Assembly (NCBI GenBank): GCA_036660495.1
Contig: JAVXAN010000001.1
Location: 12,688-51,467, forward strand
DNA from: Bacilli bacterium
Lineage (GTDB): Bacteria > Bacillota_I > Bacilli_A > RF39 > UBA660
DNA: 38,780 nucleotides
Direction of reading: 5' to 3'
Shown here piece after piece: positions 9,501-15,180 of this stretch. The translations under genes were made by a program, and so were the position numbers. Positions within the stretch are counted from its first letter, which is position 1. The number at the start of each line of letters is the position of its first letter. The notes under the pieces are model-generated. The model did no database searches, was not told where the DNA came from, and worked only from the letters and a program-made list of their open reading frames with translations.

Positions 9501-11267
9501 GTGGAGTTACCAGACGGAATACATTATATGTATAATGAAGAATACATATTACCAGTTTCAACATCAGTTAAAGATGGCAAGACTATGTTACAATATAGAT
9601 TATATAATCAAACTTTTAATAACTGGATGGATATTATTGATATAGATGTTAGAATTGATATAAACGTAAAAAATGGTAGTAAATTACCAATAGTTTCAAC
9701 AATTCAAGCAACAACGTCAAATGGTACTACTGATGCATCAACTGATAGTGCAAGAAAATTAACTAAGCAAATAACTTATACGAATAGTGAAGAAGTTGTG
9801 TATGCTCAGTTTCCTTCATCAAGTAGTATTAATAAAAACGGATCGTTTAACATTATTACAGATTTGTATAATTCAACTGAAAACGTAAAAACAAACTTGG
9901 AATTAGTAACAGTTCTTCCTTATAATGGCTTAGGCGATAAACCGTTATACACTGGAAGTTACGAAATAACATTACCAACTGATATAACGAGTGTTGTTTG
10001 TACTAGTGATTTATCATCACTTGTTCAAAACACTAATAATTTAACTACACCCGAAAAGATAAATTGGGTAAGTTGCGAGCAATTTAAAGCAAAAAATGGT
10101 AAGTATGTTGGTTTAACGGCCTATAAATTTATATTTAATAGTTTAAATGCGTCTGAAACAAAAGAAATTGTTACAAATATTAATACAATTGGAAACACTC
10201 CTGCTGATAAGTATGAATTTAATTCGTTTTTAGTTGTTGATAACAAGGTGAAAACAATAACTCCAACTACTGTATCTGTTGTAAGCAAAAGAATAACTGG
10301 TACGATTTGGGAAGACTTTGATTCAAATGGTTTAATGGAAAAATCTGAAAAGAAAATAGAAGGTATAACACTTGAATTATATAATGATTTAGATGAATTA
10401 AAAGATACTACTACTTCAGATAATAAAGGAAAATACATGTTTTCTAGTTTGGAACCTGGTAAGTATTATGTGATTGCTAAATTTCCAGAAGAAAAATATT
10501 CTTTAACTGTACCGTCAACTGGATATGATGTTTCAATTAATTCATCATTTACTCCTGTTATTATTCCAGAAGAAAACCCAACACCACCAATAATACCACC
10601 AACCACATCTCCGGCTGTGCCACCAAAAGTAATAATTACTACACCATCTAAAACAACTACAACCACCCCATCAAAAGAAGAAACTCCAGAAGAAACAATT
10701 CCTGAAAAAGTAAATAAATATGCGGCACGTTCTAAAGAAATTATAATAGTAAATGAAACCAAAAAAATAGGTAATATTAATTTAGGCTTAACGCTAAAGA
10801 AGAACTATGCGGTAAAGTTAAACTTATATGTTACAAAGTCTATTTCAACTAATAAATTAGGAGTTTCAGAAATTAAAGAACATGGTAATGTTAAACTTGC
10901 TAAGCATAATGTTAGGGATTTAGATACGGTTTCAATAAAGGTAGTGTATTCATTAGAAATAGAAAACATAAAATACCATCCTGGATATATTTTATCAGTA
11001 AAAGAATACGTACCAGATGGTATGAGTTTTAATCCGAATTATGAGGAAAATAAAGGCTGGGTTCAGGTTTCAGAAGGAATAATTGAAAACAGAACTCTTG
11101 CTAATGAATTAATCAATGGGGGCGAGAAAAAATATTTAACAATTGCCTTTGATGTATCAAGAAAAGAAGCGGGGTTGTTTATAAATAATGCATTAATAGA
11201 TGATGAAGACCTTCAAATATTAATTGTTGGTTCAACTGAAGAAGAAGCAGGTGATATAAATGAATAA
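6537..11267 (+). CDS. Giant (~1576 aa) N-terminally membrane-anchored multidomain surface protein with a dockerin-like insert, DUF5011/Ig-like repeats, DUF11-like beta-sandwich repeats, an SdrD-B/CnaB-like domain, a Pro/Thr stalk and a C-terminal DUF11-like domain. It has no LPXTG and no C-terminal anchor.
   Basis: One uninterrupted ORF of 4.7 kb. ATG 6537 is 8 nt after GGAGG (the track ATG 6522 overlaps the SD). Single TM YVSIGIITFFISIIIAIVVFA (nt 6630-6689). Ig-like repeat endings AIYKITYEYVN, SGKYTVTYTLK and AGTYRTVYTVTS. SdrD-B-like ITGTIWEDFDSNG...DNKGKYMFSSLEPGKYYV. DUF11-like VVYSLEIENIKYHPGYILSVKEYVPDGMSFNP. Confidence 0.85.
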   Translation: MLKKIKQILQKTEDFLSIAKIRIFNFVQEHKYVSIGIITFFISIIIAIVVFAADNKFNKGDVEKIKIVAAGALEGTVKSFSEFEFSIDYTPKVVATKDENQTVVFIDEVVIEANLGSNKETAVWNVGNENAEYKISDDGQKITAKIINVISDNVQNQILNLKVLNGENGTVLKPTITIKIGSAGDTKVISPELIPSTSIVSTNVDNSELRIKLVNGNSYNKTGFTGRYVPFGILVGFENQKGDVDLNGKLEKNDVQLIIKHEAQLITLTAEQQKIADLTGDGKVTSADAIKLLRYITYPNENDINLEGMYFNLKNLDLIMEMNQKEEGVNTYYPIELSDNETDYGLYKTSMDLFDKMPNSTMYLFDNITNTSVLQKDFVYDSGEVSKLQIASPSGEVIKNSSSSFSLLGGNKQTLTVGNSYKEMGVSFDGINSVSCIAANNCTTTYTLNEKKVDSIASNAEAIYKITYEYVNPETKEISKVIRIVTYVNKKEVTLAGKKYSMAGHENLYLLKNEKYIESGVLRDGVKFNGESGITYTTTIKDFKNVETTVIDTSKSGKYTVTYTLKKQVCVPPTVCATPPCANTCNDEVITLTRNVIITDPIATPVLEANDIYIAYKNPGGFDNNKAPFIINGNESATCETPGNTYNCNSKLEGFSTNKAGTYRTVYTVTSMDTGFSSTVSRNINVVLKYKMIISNIKTDGSFYRSDCFLAIGSYFVTAKSERTNNFMGNYNLKLDVNSVVNESALNYYFDEGKKSSNLALYKKENSSLTEMKESEAISYGETVVLKSTFKYSKSGDKKLNKVTTTINIPNKQFNLLSYYSDEAKSEYYLTVNDKAKTIEDGNIKYFYEGNAQGVSYIDLPKDAIITNVEYTLKDVKPGSDIDFRLKLKTISANSETEVTLNSRSTWECDYQNGYVPIITEVTVNSKKALITAFKARTNLTINESSANAFIDSTKSQKIHLAVYPTVTSPGLFVQTNLVGSLNTVDISVELPDGIHYMYNEEYILPVSTSVKDGKTMLQYRLYNQTFNNWMDIIDIDVRIDINVKNGSKLPIVSTIQATTSNGTTDASTDSARKLTKQITYTNSEEVVYAQFPSSSSINKNGSFNIITDLYNSTENVKTNLELVTVLPYNGLGDKPLYTGSYEITLPTDITSVVCTSDLSSLVQNTNNLTTPEKINWVSCEQFKAKNGKYVGLTAYKFIFNSLNASETKEIVTNINTIGNTPADKYEFNSFLVVDNKVKTITPTTVSVVSKRITGTIWEDFDSNGLMEKSEKKIEGITLELYNDLDELKDTTTSDNKGKYMFSSLEPGKYYVIAKFPEEKYSLTVPSTGYDVSINSSFTPVIIPEENPTPPIIPPTTSPAVPPKVIITTPSKTTTTTPSKEETPEETIPEKVNKYAARSKEIIIVNETKKIGNINLGLTLKKNYAVKLNLYVTKSISTNKLGVSEIKEHGNVKLAKHNVRDLDTVSIKVVYSLEIENIKYHPGYILSVKEYVPDGMSFNPNYEENKGWVQVSEGIIENRTLANELINGGEKKYLTIAFDVSRKEAGLFINNALIDDEDLQILIVGSTEEEAGDINE
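7260..7424 (+). other. Dockerin-like domain (two EF-hand-like Ca-binding loop/helix segments) embedded in the giant protein
   Basis: GDVDLNGKLEKNDVQLIIKH ... ADLTGDGKVTSADAIKLLRYI. Both 12-residue loops carry acidic or amide side chains at positions 1, 3, 5 and 12 (DVDLNGKLEKND; DLTGDGKVTSAD), each followed by an amphipathic helix, as in type I dockerins. Confidence 0.6.
10293..10511 (+). other. SdrD B-like / CnaB-type beta-sandwich domain of the giant protein
   Basis: ITGTIWEDFDSNGLMEKSEKKIEGITLELYNDLDELKDTTTSDNKGKYMFSSLEPGKYYVIAKFPEEKYSLT matches the G.vW.D.n.nG..d..E.g..gv.v.L......TD..G.Y.F..L..G.Y.v pattern. Confidence 0.7.
10566..10709 (+). other. Pro/Thr-rich low-complexity stalk or linker in the giant protein
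   Basis: PEENPTPPIIPPTTSPAVPPKVIITTPSKTTTTTPSKEETPEETIPEK. Confidence 0.8.
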
Positions 11268-13449
11268 TAAAGTTAAAACCATAATTTTATCTCTGATTTT
11301 AATTATAATATCATTTTCTTTCCTTCCAAAAGCTTCAGCAGTTGCAGTTAATGTTTATAGTAATAATCAATATATTGGTATTGGGTGGGAAAGTAATGGT
11401 AATCAAAAGTATTTTAAGGCAAATGGTATACCATTTAACCGCTTCCTCACTAAGTTTAACAGTCCGTTTTTTATGCTTAATAATAATGATAATTATTATT
11501 ATCAGTTATACTGCATAGATCCAGGTATTGCTGTAGGCACAGGGGATTTAAAATTTGATAGGCCAACTGATATCACGATAAAAGGCAATAACGGAATAAA
11601 TTTAGATTATAAATTAGATCAAGTATTATACGTTTTAACGTATGCTTATTACTTGGAACCATCATCAACATTCCCTAATTATAGTGAATATGGGTTTCCA
11701 AGTTATAGTGAATATGAGTTTTCAAGAATTATGGCCGCACAAGGAATTATTTGGGAAATAATGACTGGAGAAAGAGTGACTTTTAACAATTATCAACCAG
11801 ATAATTGCAGGAGTGATGGATTTTATGTAAGATTATTTGATGAATCTTATTGTAATTCGAATATTTGTAATATGGCAAGAACAGAATATAATTTGTTAAT
11901 TGATAAGGTAAATGCTGCCAAGAATGTTCCATCAGGATTTTACGTAACTTCATTGGAATCTAATAACTATAAAACACCACTTTATTATGATGATAATACT
12001 GGTAAATATACTACAACAATTTGTGATGTTAACAGGTATTTTATAGCATATGAGCCAAAAACAAGTGAGATAGACAAACCGCAAATAAATGATGAGGGAA
12101 GGTGTATTACTTTATCATCATCAACTGCAATAGAGGAAAGTGCACCCAAAAATATATCTCTTCATTTAAAGGCTACTTCAGAAAGGGATACTACTTTTGT
12201 TACAGGGGAAAAGATACAGGATTTAATGATGGGACGAACAGACAGAGAAGTCTTTATAAAAGTGTATACACCAAAGTATCAGTTGAAAATAAATAAAGTA
12301 TCAAAAATTGGTGCAGAAAATGAAGGCGCTTTATCAGGAGTGAAATTTAACGTTTACAATAATGCTTATTGTACTTCTAAAATTGGAGAAACCACTAGTA
12401 CTGATCAAAATGGAGAGGCTATTTACGCTGATTTAAAAAATTATGGAAGGTATTATGTACAAGAAGATGGAACAGTACCTGGATATAATACAAATAAAAA
12501 CTGTATTCCGGTTGATGTTTCCAAAAATGATTTTGCTGGAACTGGTAATTATAGTCCAATAACCGTAACAAATATTGCCAATAAAGTCCAATTTGATAAA
12601 AAAGTAAAAAATATGGATGGTAGTATAGATATTATTGAAGACTATGATGAAAACGGAAACTATGTTGGCCCAGAGTTTGAAATGTATTTAAATGGAAATA
12701 ATGACAAACTATATTTTACCGAAATAAGTCCAGGAAACTATAAATTAGCTTCAAAGGATACACTTGGAGCAGTTACCTCTTTAAAAACAAACAATGGAAG
12801 TTTTTCAGTATATAAATTATTAATGAATATAAATTATATGCTTGTTGAAATTAAAGCCCCAAAAGGATTAACGTTACCAGAAGACCCTAATTTAATGGTA
12901 TCAACTGATTCTACGCCAGGTACTAAATACTGGACTATATATAATGGTGTAACTGGTTTGATTTTTGAAAAAAAAGATGAAAAAGGTAATTATATAAATG
13001 GTGGTACTTTTAAACTACAACATAAAGTATCAAATATTTACAAAGATCTAATGATAAAAGAAATGTCACCAGGTAAATATAATTATGTTGATAAAATTAC
13101 TGATAAAGAATTAGGGGCAACTTATTTTATAACAACGGTAGAAGGTACAGCCTTTATTGAAAAACTACCACCTGGTGAATATCGAGTAGTGGAAGTAACC
13201 GCACCAGAAGGATATGATATGGTAGAAGAAAATACTTCAACGGCGGTAACAACAATTAAGGATAGTGCTTCTTCTAGTTATCGTGTTGAGTTAATTAATA
13301 AGAAAACAAGTTTAGCAGGAAGTCGTGATAAAGCAGAATTTGTAATTGCAATAAATACCGGAAGAAAAGTTCCGAATTACATGATAATTATTTCGGCTAT
13401 TGTAATATTATTAATAGGAGCAGTAATCGCTCGTAAAAAAATGAAATAA
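11260..13449 (+). CDS. Secreted thioester-domain (TED/TQxA-type) adhesin with three CnaB/SpaA-type domains and a C-terminal sorting-signal-like membrane anchor
   Basis: Signal peptide MNNKVKTIILSLILIIISFSFLPKASA|VAV. YQLYCIDPG (Cys85, nt 11512-11514) and MAAQGIIWEI (Gln161, nt 11740-11742) fit the [YF]C[ILV][DEQ] and [TA]Q.[AI][IV]W thioester motifs. SpaA/CnaB signatures include GVKFNVYN...TDQNGEAIYADLKNYGRYYVQEDGTVPGYN and GGTFKLQHK...IEKLPPGEYRVVEVTAPEGYD. The ATG overlaps the upstream gene's end (ATGAATAA) with SD AGGTGA 5 nt upstream. Confidence 0.85.
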   Translation: MNNKVKTIILSLILIIISFSFLPKASAVAVNVYSNNQYIGIGWESNGNQKYFKANGIPFNRFLTKFNSPFFMLNNNDNYYYQLYCIDPGIAVGTGDLKFDRPTDITIKGNNGINLDYKLDQVLYVLTYAYYLEPSSTFPNYSEYGFPSYSEYEFSRIMAAQGIIWEIMTGERVTFNNYQPDNCRSDGFYVRLFDESYCNSNICNMARTEYNLLIDKVNAAKNVPSGFYVTSLESNNYKTPLYYDDNTGKYTTTICDVNRYFIAYEPKTSEIDKPQINDEGRCITLSSSTAIEESAPKNISLHLKATSERDTTFVTGEKIQDLMMGRTDREVFIKVYTPKYQLKINKVSKIGAENEGALSGVKFNVYNNAYCTSKIGETTSTDQNGEAIYADLKNYGRYYVQEDGTVPGYNTNKNCIPVDVSKNDFAGTGNYSPITVTNIANKVQFDKKVKNMDGSIDIIEDYDENGNYVGPEFEMYLNGNNDKLYFTEISPGNYKLASKDTLGAVTSLKTNNGSFSVYKLLMNINYMLVEIKAPKGLTLPEDPNLMVSTDSTPGTKYWTIYNGVTGLIFEKKDEKGNYINGGTFKLQHKVSNIYKDLMIKEMSPGKYNYVDKITDKELGATYFITTVEGTAFIEKLPPGEYRVVEVTAPEGYDMVEENTSTAVTTIKDSASSSYRVELINKKTSLAGSRDKAEFVIAINTGRKVPNYMIIISAIVILLIGAVIARKKMK
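11677..11724 (+). repeat. In-frame 24-nt tandem duplication inside the thioester domain (NYSEYGFP / SYSEYEFS)
   Basis: aattatagtgaatatgggtttcca / agttatagtgaatatgagttttca, identical at 21 of 24 nt. Confidence 0.9.
12277..13308 (+). other. Three tandem CnaB/SpaA-type (prealbumin-fold, potentially isopeptide-stabilised) stalk domains of the TED protein
   Basis: Each unit starts with a Lys-containing strand (YQLKINKVSK; VQFDKKVKN; LIFEKKDEKG) and contains the G.Y...E..aP.GY-type strand (GRYYVQEDGTVPGYN; YMLVEIKAPKGL; GEYRVVEVTAPEGYD). Confidence 0.7.
13348..13446 (+). other. Sorting-signal-like C-terminus: AINTG pentapeptide, 6-aa spacer, hydrophobic helix, basic tail
   Basis: AINTG-RKVPNY-MIIISAIVILLIGAVIA-RKKMK. 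The architecture matches a sortase cell-wall sorting signal, but the pentapeptide is not LPXTG. Confidence 0.45.
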
Positions 13450-13472
13450 AAGCATTTATTTGCTTTTTTTTT
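13447..13472 (+). terminator. Weak intrinsic terminator after the adhesin operon
   Basis: AAAAGCA (13448-13454) pairs with TGCTTTT (13461-13467) across a 6-nt loop, followed by a long T-run. Only 2 G:C pairs. Confidence 0.45.
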
Positions 13473-13487
13473 GTGTTATGGTAAAAT
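13460..13487 (+). promoter_or_regulatory. Candidate promoter for spoVG: TTGCTT-16-(TGg)TAAAAT
   Basis: -35 TTGCTT at 13460-13465 (inside the terminator 3' arm) and extended -10 TGgTAAAAT at 13479-13487. Confidence 0.45.
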
Positions 13488-13521
13488 ATAATTAAATAAC
13501 ACTTTGAAAAGGAGAAAAATT

Positions 13522-13779
13522 ATGCAAATAACATCAGTAAGAGTAAAAAAAATAGAAAAGGAAAATTCTCGCATGAAGGCAACTGCTTCAGTAGTCCTTG
13601 ATGATTGCTTTAAGGTTAGGGATATAAGAATAATTGAAGGTGAAGAAGGACTGTTTATAGCAATGCCTAGTCGTAAACTTGAGGAAGGTAAGTACCGTGA
13701 CGTAGCACATCCTACCAATCCAGAAACAAGGGATGTTTTTTCAAAGGCGATTTTAGACGAATATAATAAGTTGGATTAG
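13522..13779 (+). CDS. spoVG: Septation/sporulation regulator SpoVG
   Basis: MQITSVRVKKIEKENSRMKATASVVLDDCFKVRDIRIIEGEEGLFIAMPSRK...YRDVAHPTNPETR aligns by eye to B. subtilis SpoVG. ATG 13522 follows SD AAAGGAG. The track start 13504 is upstream of the SD. Confidence 0.9.
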   Translation: MQITSVRVKKIEKENSRMKATASVVLDDCFKVRDIRIIEGEEGLFIAMPSRKLEEGKYRDVAHPTNPETRDVFSKAILDEYNKLD

Positions 13780-13808
13780 ATATGAGCTTTGTCATATCTT
13801 TTTTTTTG
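13778..13808 (+). terminator. Intrinsic terminator after spoVG
   Basis: AGATATGA (13778-13785) pairs with TCATATCT (13792-13799) across a 6-nt loop, followed by T9. Confidence 0.8.
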
Positions 13809-13819
13809 TTTCATATTAT
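13792..13819 (+). promoter_or_regulatory. Candidate mother-cell (sigma-E-type) promoter for yabP-yabQ: TCATATC-13 nt-CATATTAT
   Basis: Resembles the B. subtilis sigma-E pattern (kmATAtt ... CATAcanT). yabP/yabQ are sigma-E controlled in B. subtilis. The -35-like element is the 3' arm of the spoVG terminator. Confidence 0.3.
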
Positions 13820-13836
13820 TCGTTAGAGGTGATAAT

Positions 13837-14127
13837 ATGGATAAGGTAAAAGAAGTAGAAACAAACTTAAATCATACAATCTTATTAACTGAAAGGCAAA
13901 ACATTACAATAAGTGGAATTGTTAAAATTGATAGTTTTGATAGTGAGGAGTTTTTGTTAGAAACAACAGCAGGGTATTTAGGAATTAAAGGTAGTAGTTT
14001 AGAAATAATAAAACTAGATACATATCAGGGTACAATAACAATTAAAGGAAAATTCAACAGTTTTTCATATTTAGAAGATAACAGCGCCAAAAAAGAAGAT
14101 GGAGTACTCACTAAGTTATTTAAATAA
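13837..14127 (+). CDS. yabP: Sporulation protein YabP
   Basis: HTILLTERQNITISGIVKIDSFDSEEFLLETTAGYLGIKGSSLEIIKLDTYQGTITIKGKFNSFSYLED matches the YabP family. ATG 13837 is 4 nt after SD AGAGGTGA. The track start 13789 lies inside the spoVG terminator. Confidence 0.8.
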   Translation: MDKVKEVETNLNHTILLTERQNITISGIVKIDSFDSEEFLLETTAGYLGIKGSSLEIIKLDTYQGTITIKGKFNSFSYLEDNSAKKEDGVLTKLFK

Positions 14128-14390
14128 TGAATTTAGAAACACAAATAAAAGTATTGTTATTTTCCTTTATATATGGAATTTTATTTTTTTTAACGTATGT
14201 ATTAATAATTAAAAACGCCAAGTTAAAAAAGCAAAGATTTTATTTATTTATCTGTTTTGCATTTGTTATATTACATACACTTTTTTATTATTTTCTTCTT
14301 TATAAAATCAATAATGGATCAATCCATTTATACTTATTGTTTTCTTTTATATTAGGATCAATGTTTTCAAAAAAACTTTACAATATCTAA
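14127..14390 (+). CDS. yabQ: Spore cortex biosynthesis membrane protein YabQ-like (short, 3 TM)
   Basis: Polytopic hydrophobic 87-aa protein immediately after yabP, with a TAATG overlap. Called mainly on conserved position (yabP-yabQ-divIC). Confidence 0.55.
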   Translation: MNLETQIKVLLFSFIYGILFFLTYVLIIKNAKLKKQRFYLFICFAFVILHTLFYYFLLYKINNGSIHLYLLFSFILGSMFSKKLYNI

Positions 14391-14449
14391 TAAATCGATT
14401 GTTTTTTTTATTTTCATTTGTTATCATTATAATGAATAGTGGTGGTATT

Positions 14450-14740
14450 ATGAAAAGAAAATTAACAAAAAAAGATAAATCAAGGCTTTTTTTAACCATG
14501 GTTATATGTTTTACTATTATTGGACTGTCAATAACATCATCAGTAAATAACTTTTCAAAAATAAGACAAAAAAGAAAAGAACAATCTGTTTTAACAACAC
14601 ATTTAGAAGAATTAAAAGATGAAGAAAAAACTTTGTCGGATGATGTTATTAAACTTAAAGATCCCGAATATGCAGCAAGGTATGCAAGAGAAAAGTATCT
14701 TTATTCAAAAGATGGAGAAACAATTTTAAAATTAGATTAA
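14450..14740 (+). CDS. divIC: Septum formation initiator DivIC/FtsB family protein
   Basis: Basic N-terminus, single TM LFLTMVICFTIIGLSITS, a coiled coil, then C-terminal KLKDPEYAARYAREKYLYSKDGETIL. ATG 14450 follows SD GGTGG. The track start 14399 has no SD. Confidence 0.8.
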   Translation: MKRKLTKKDKSRLFLTMVICFTIIGLSITSSVNNFSKIRQKRKEQSVLTTHLEELKDEEKTLSDDVIKLKDPEYAARYAREKYLYSKDGETILKLD

Positions 14741-14775
14741 CGCATGAGATTGATATCTTGCGTTTTCTTTTTTAT
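14739..14775 (+). terminator. Intrinsic terminator after divIC
   Basis: AACGCA (14739-14744) pairs with TGCGTT (14759-14764). An imperfect inner extension is followed by TTTCTTTTTT. Confidence 0.6.
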
Positions 14776-14785
14776 GTGTTAAAAT
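14758..14785 (+). promoter_or_regulatory. Promoter for mrnC-rlmB-sigH: TTGCGT-16-(TGt)TAAAAT
   Basis: -35 TTGCGT at 14758-14763 (inside the terminator 3' arm) and extended -10 TGtTAAAAT at 14777-14785. Confidence 0.5.
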
Positions 14786-14803
14786 ACTTATGGAAGTGAA
14801 AAG

Positions 14804-15178
14804 ATGAATATAAACAGCATAAATGTTCAGGTTTTAGCATATATAGGAGACGCTATATACGAAATAAAAATCCGAGAAGATTTTATTAAACTTGGGATAA
14901 ATAAAGTTAACGATTTACAAAAAGAAGTAACTAAGCATGTTTGTGCTTTTGGTCAGGCCGAAACTTTAAATTTTTGGATTGTTAATAATGTCTTAAGTGA
15001 AGAAGAATTATCGGTTATGAGAAGAGCTAAAAACTATAAAACCGCATCAAAACCAAAAAACGTTGATATAATAACGTATAAAAAAGCCACGGCTTTTGAA
15101 GCTATTATTGGCTATTTATATTTAGAAAACAAAATCGAGCGTTTAAATGAAATTTTAACAATAAAAAAGGAAATATAA
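14804..15178 (+). CDS. mrnC: Mini-ribonuclease III (23S rRNA maturation)
   Basis: VLAYIGDAIYEIKIREDF, RRAKNYK and FEAIIGYLYL. Position upstream of rlmB-sigH matches B. subtilis yazC. Confidence 0.85.
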   Translation: MNINSINVQVLAYIGDAIYEIKIREDFIKLGINKVNDLQKEVTKHVCAFGQAETLNFWIVNNVLSEEELSVMRRAKNYKTASKPKNVDIITYKKATAFEAIIGYLYLENKIERLNEILTIKKEI

Positions 15179-15180
15179 TT

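Noticed and set aside
3870-10762. Minus-strand ORFs of 60-105 aa inside the glucosaminidase gene, rsmA, yabG/veg and the giant surface-protein gene (3870-4175, 5127-5309, 6154-6390, 6540-6839, 8780-8962, 10121-10438, 10466-10762).
   Set aside because: All lie antisense to long, well-supported genes and have no SD. Their compositions are low-complexity or hydrophobic, as expected from reading AT-rich coding DNA backwards; for example, the V/G-rich 10466-10762 ORF mirrors the Pro/Thr linker. No family resemblance.
12102-12296. Same-strand alternative-frame ORFs (12102-12296 in the TED gene, 16686-16877 across secE/nusG, 27430-27630 in rpoC).
   Set aside because: They are embedded out of frame in strongly supported genes, with no SD and improbable sequences rich in Cys/Tyr/Arg or Leu.
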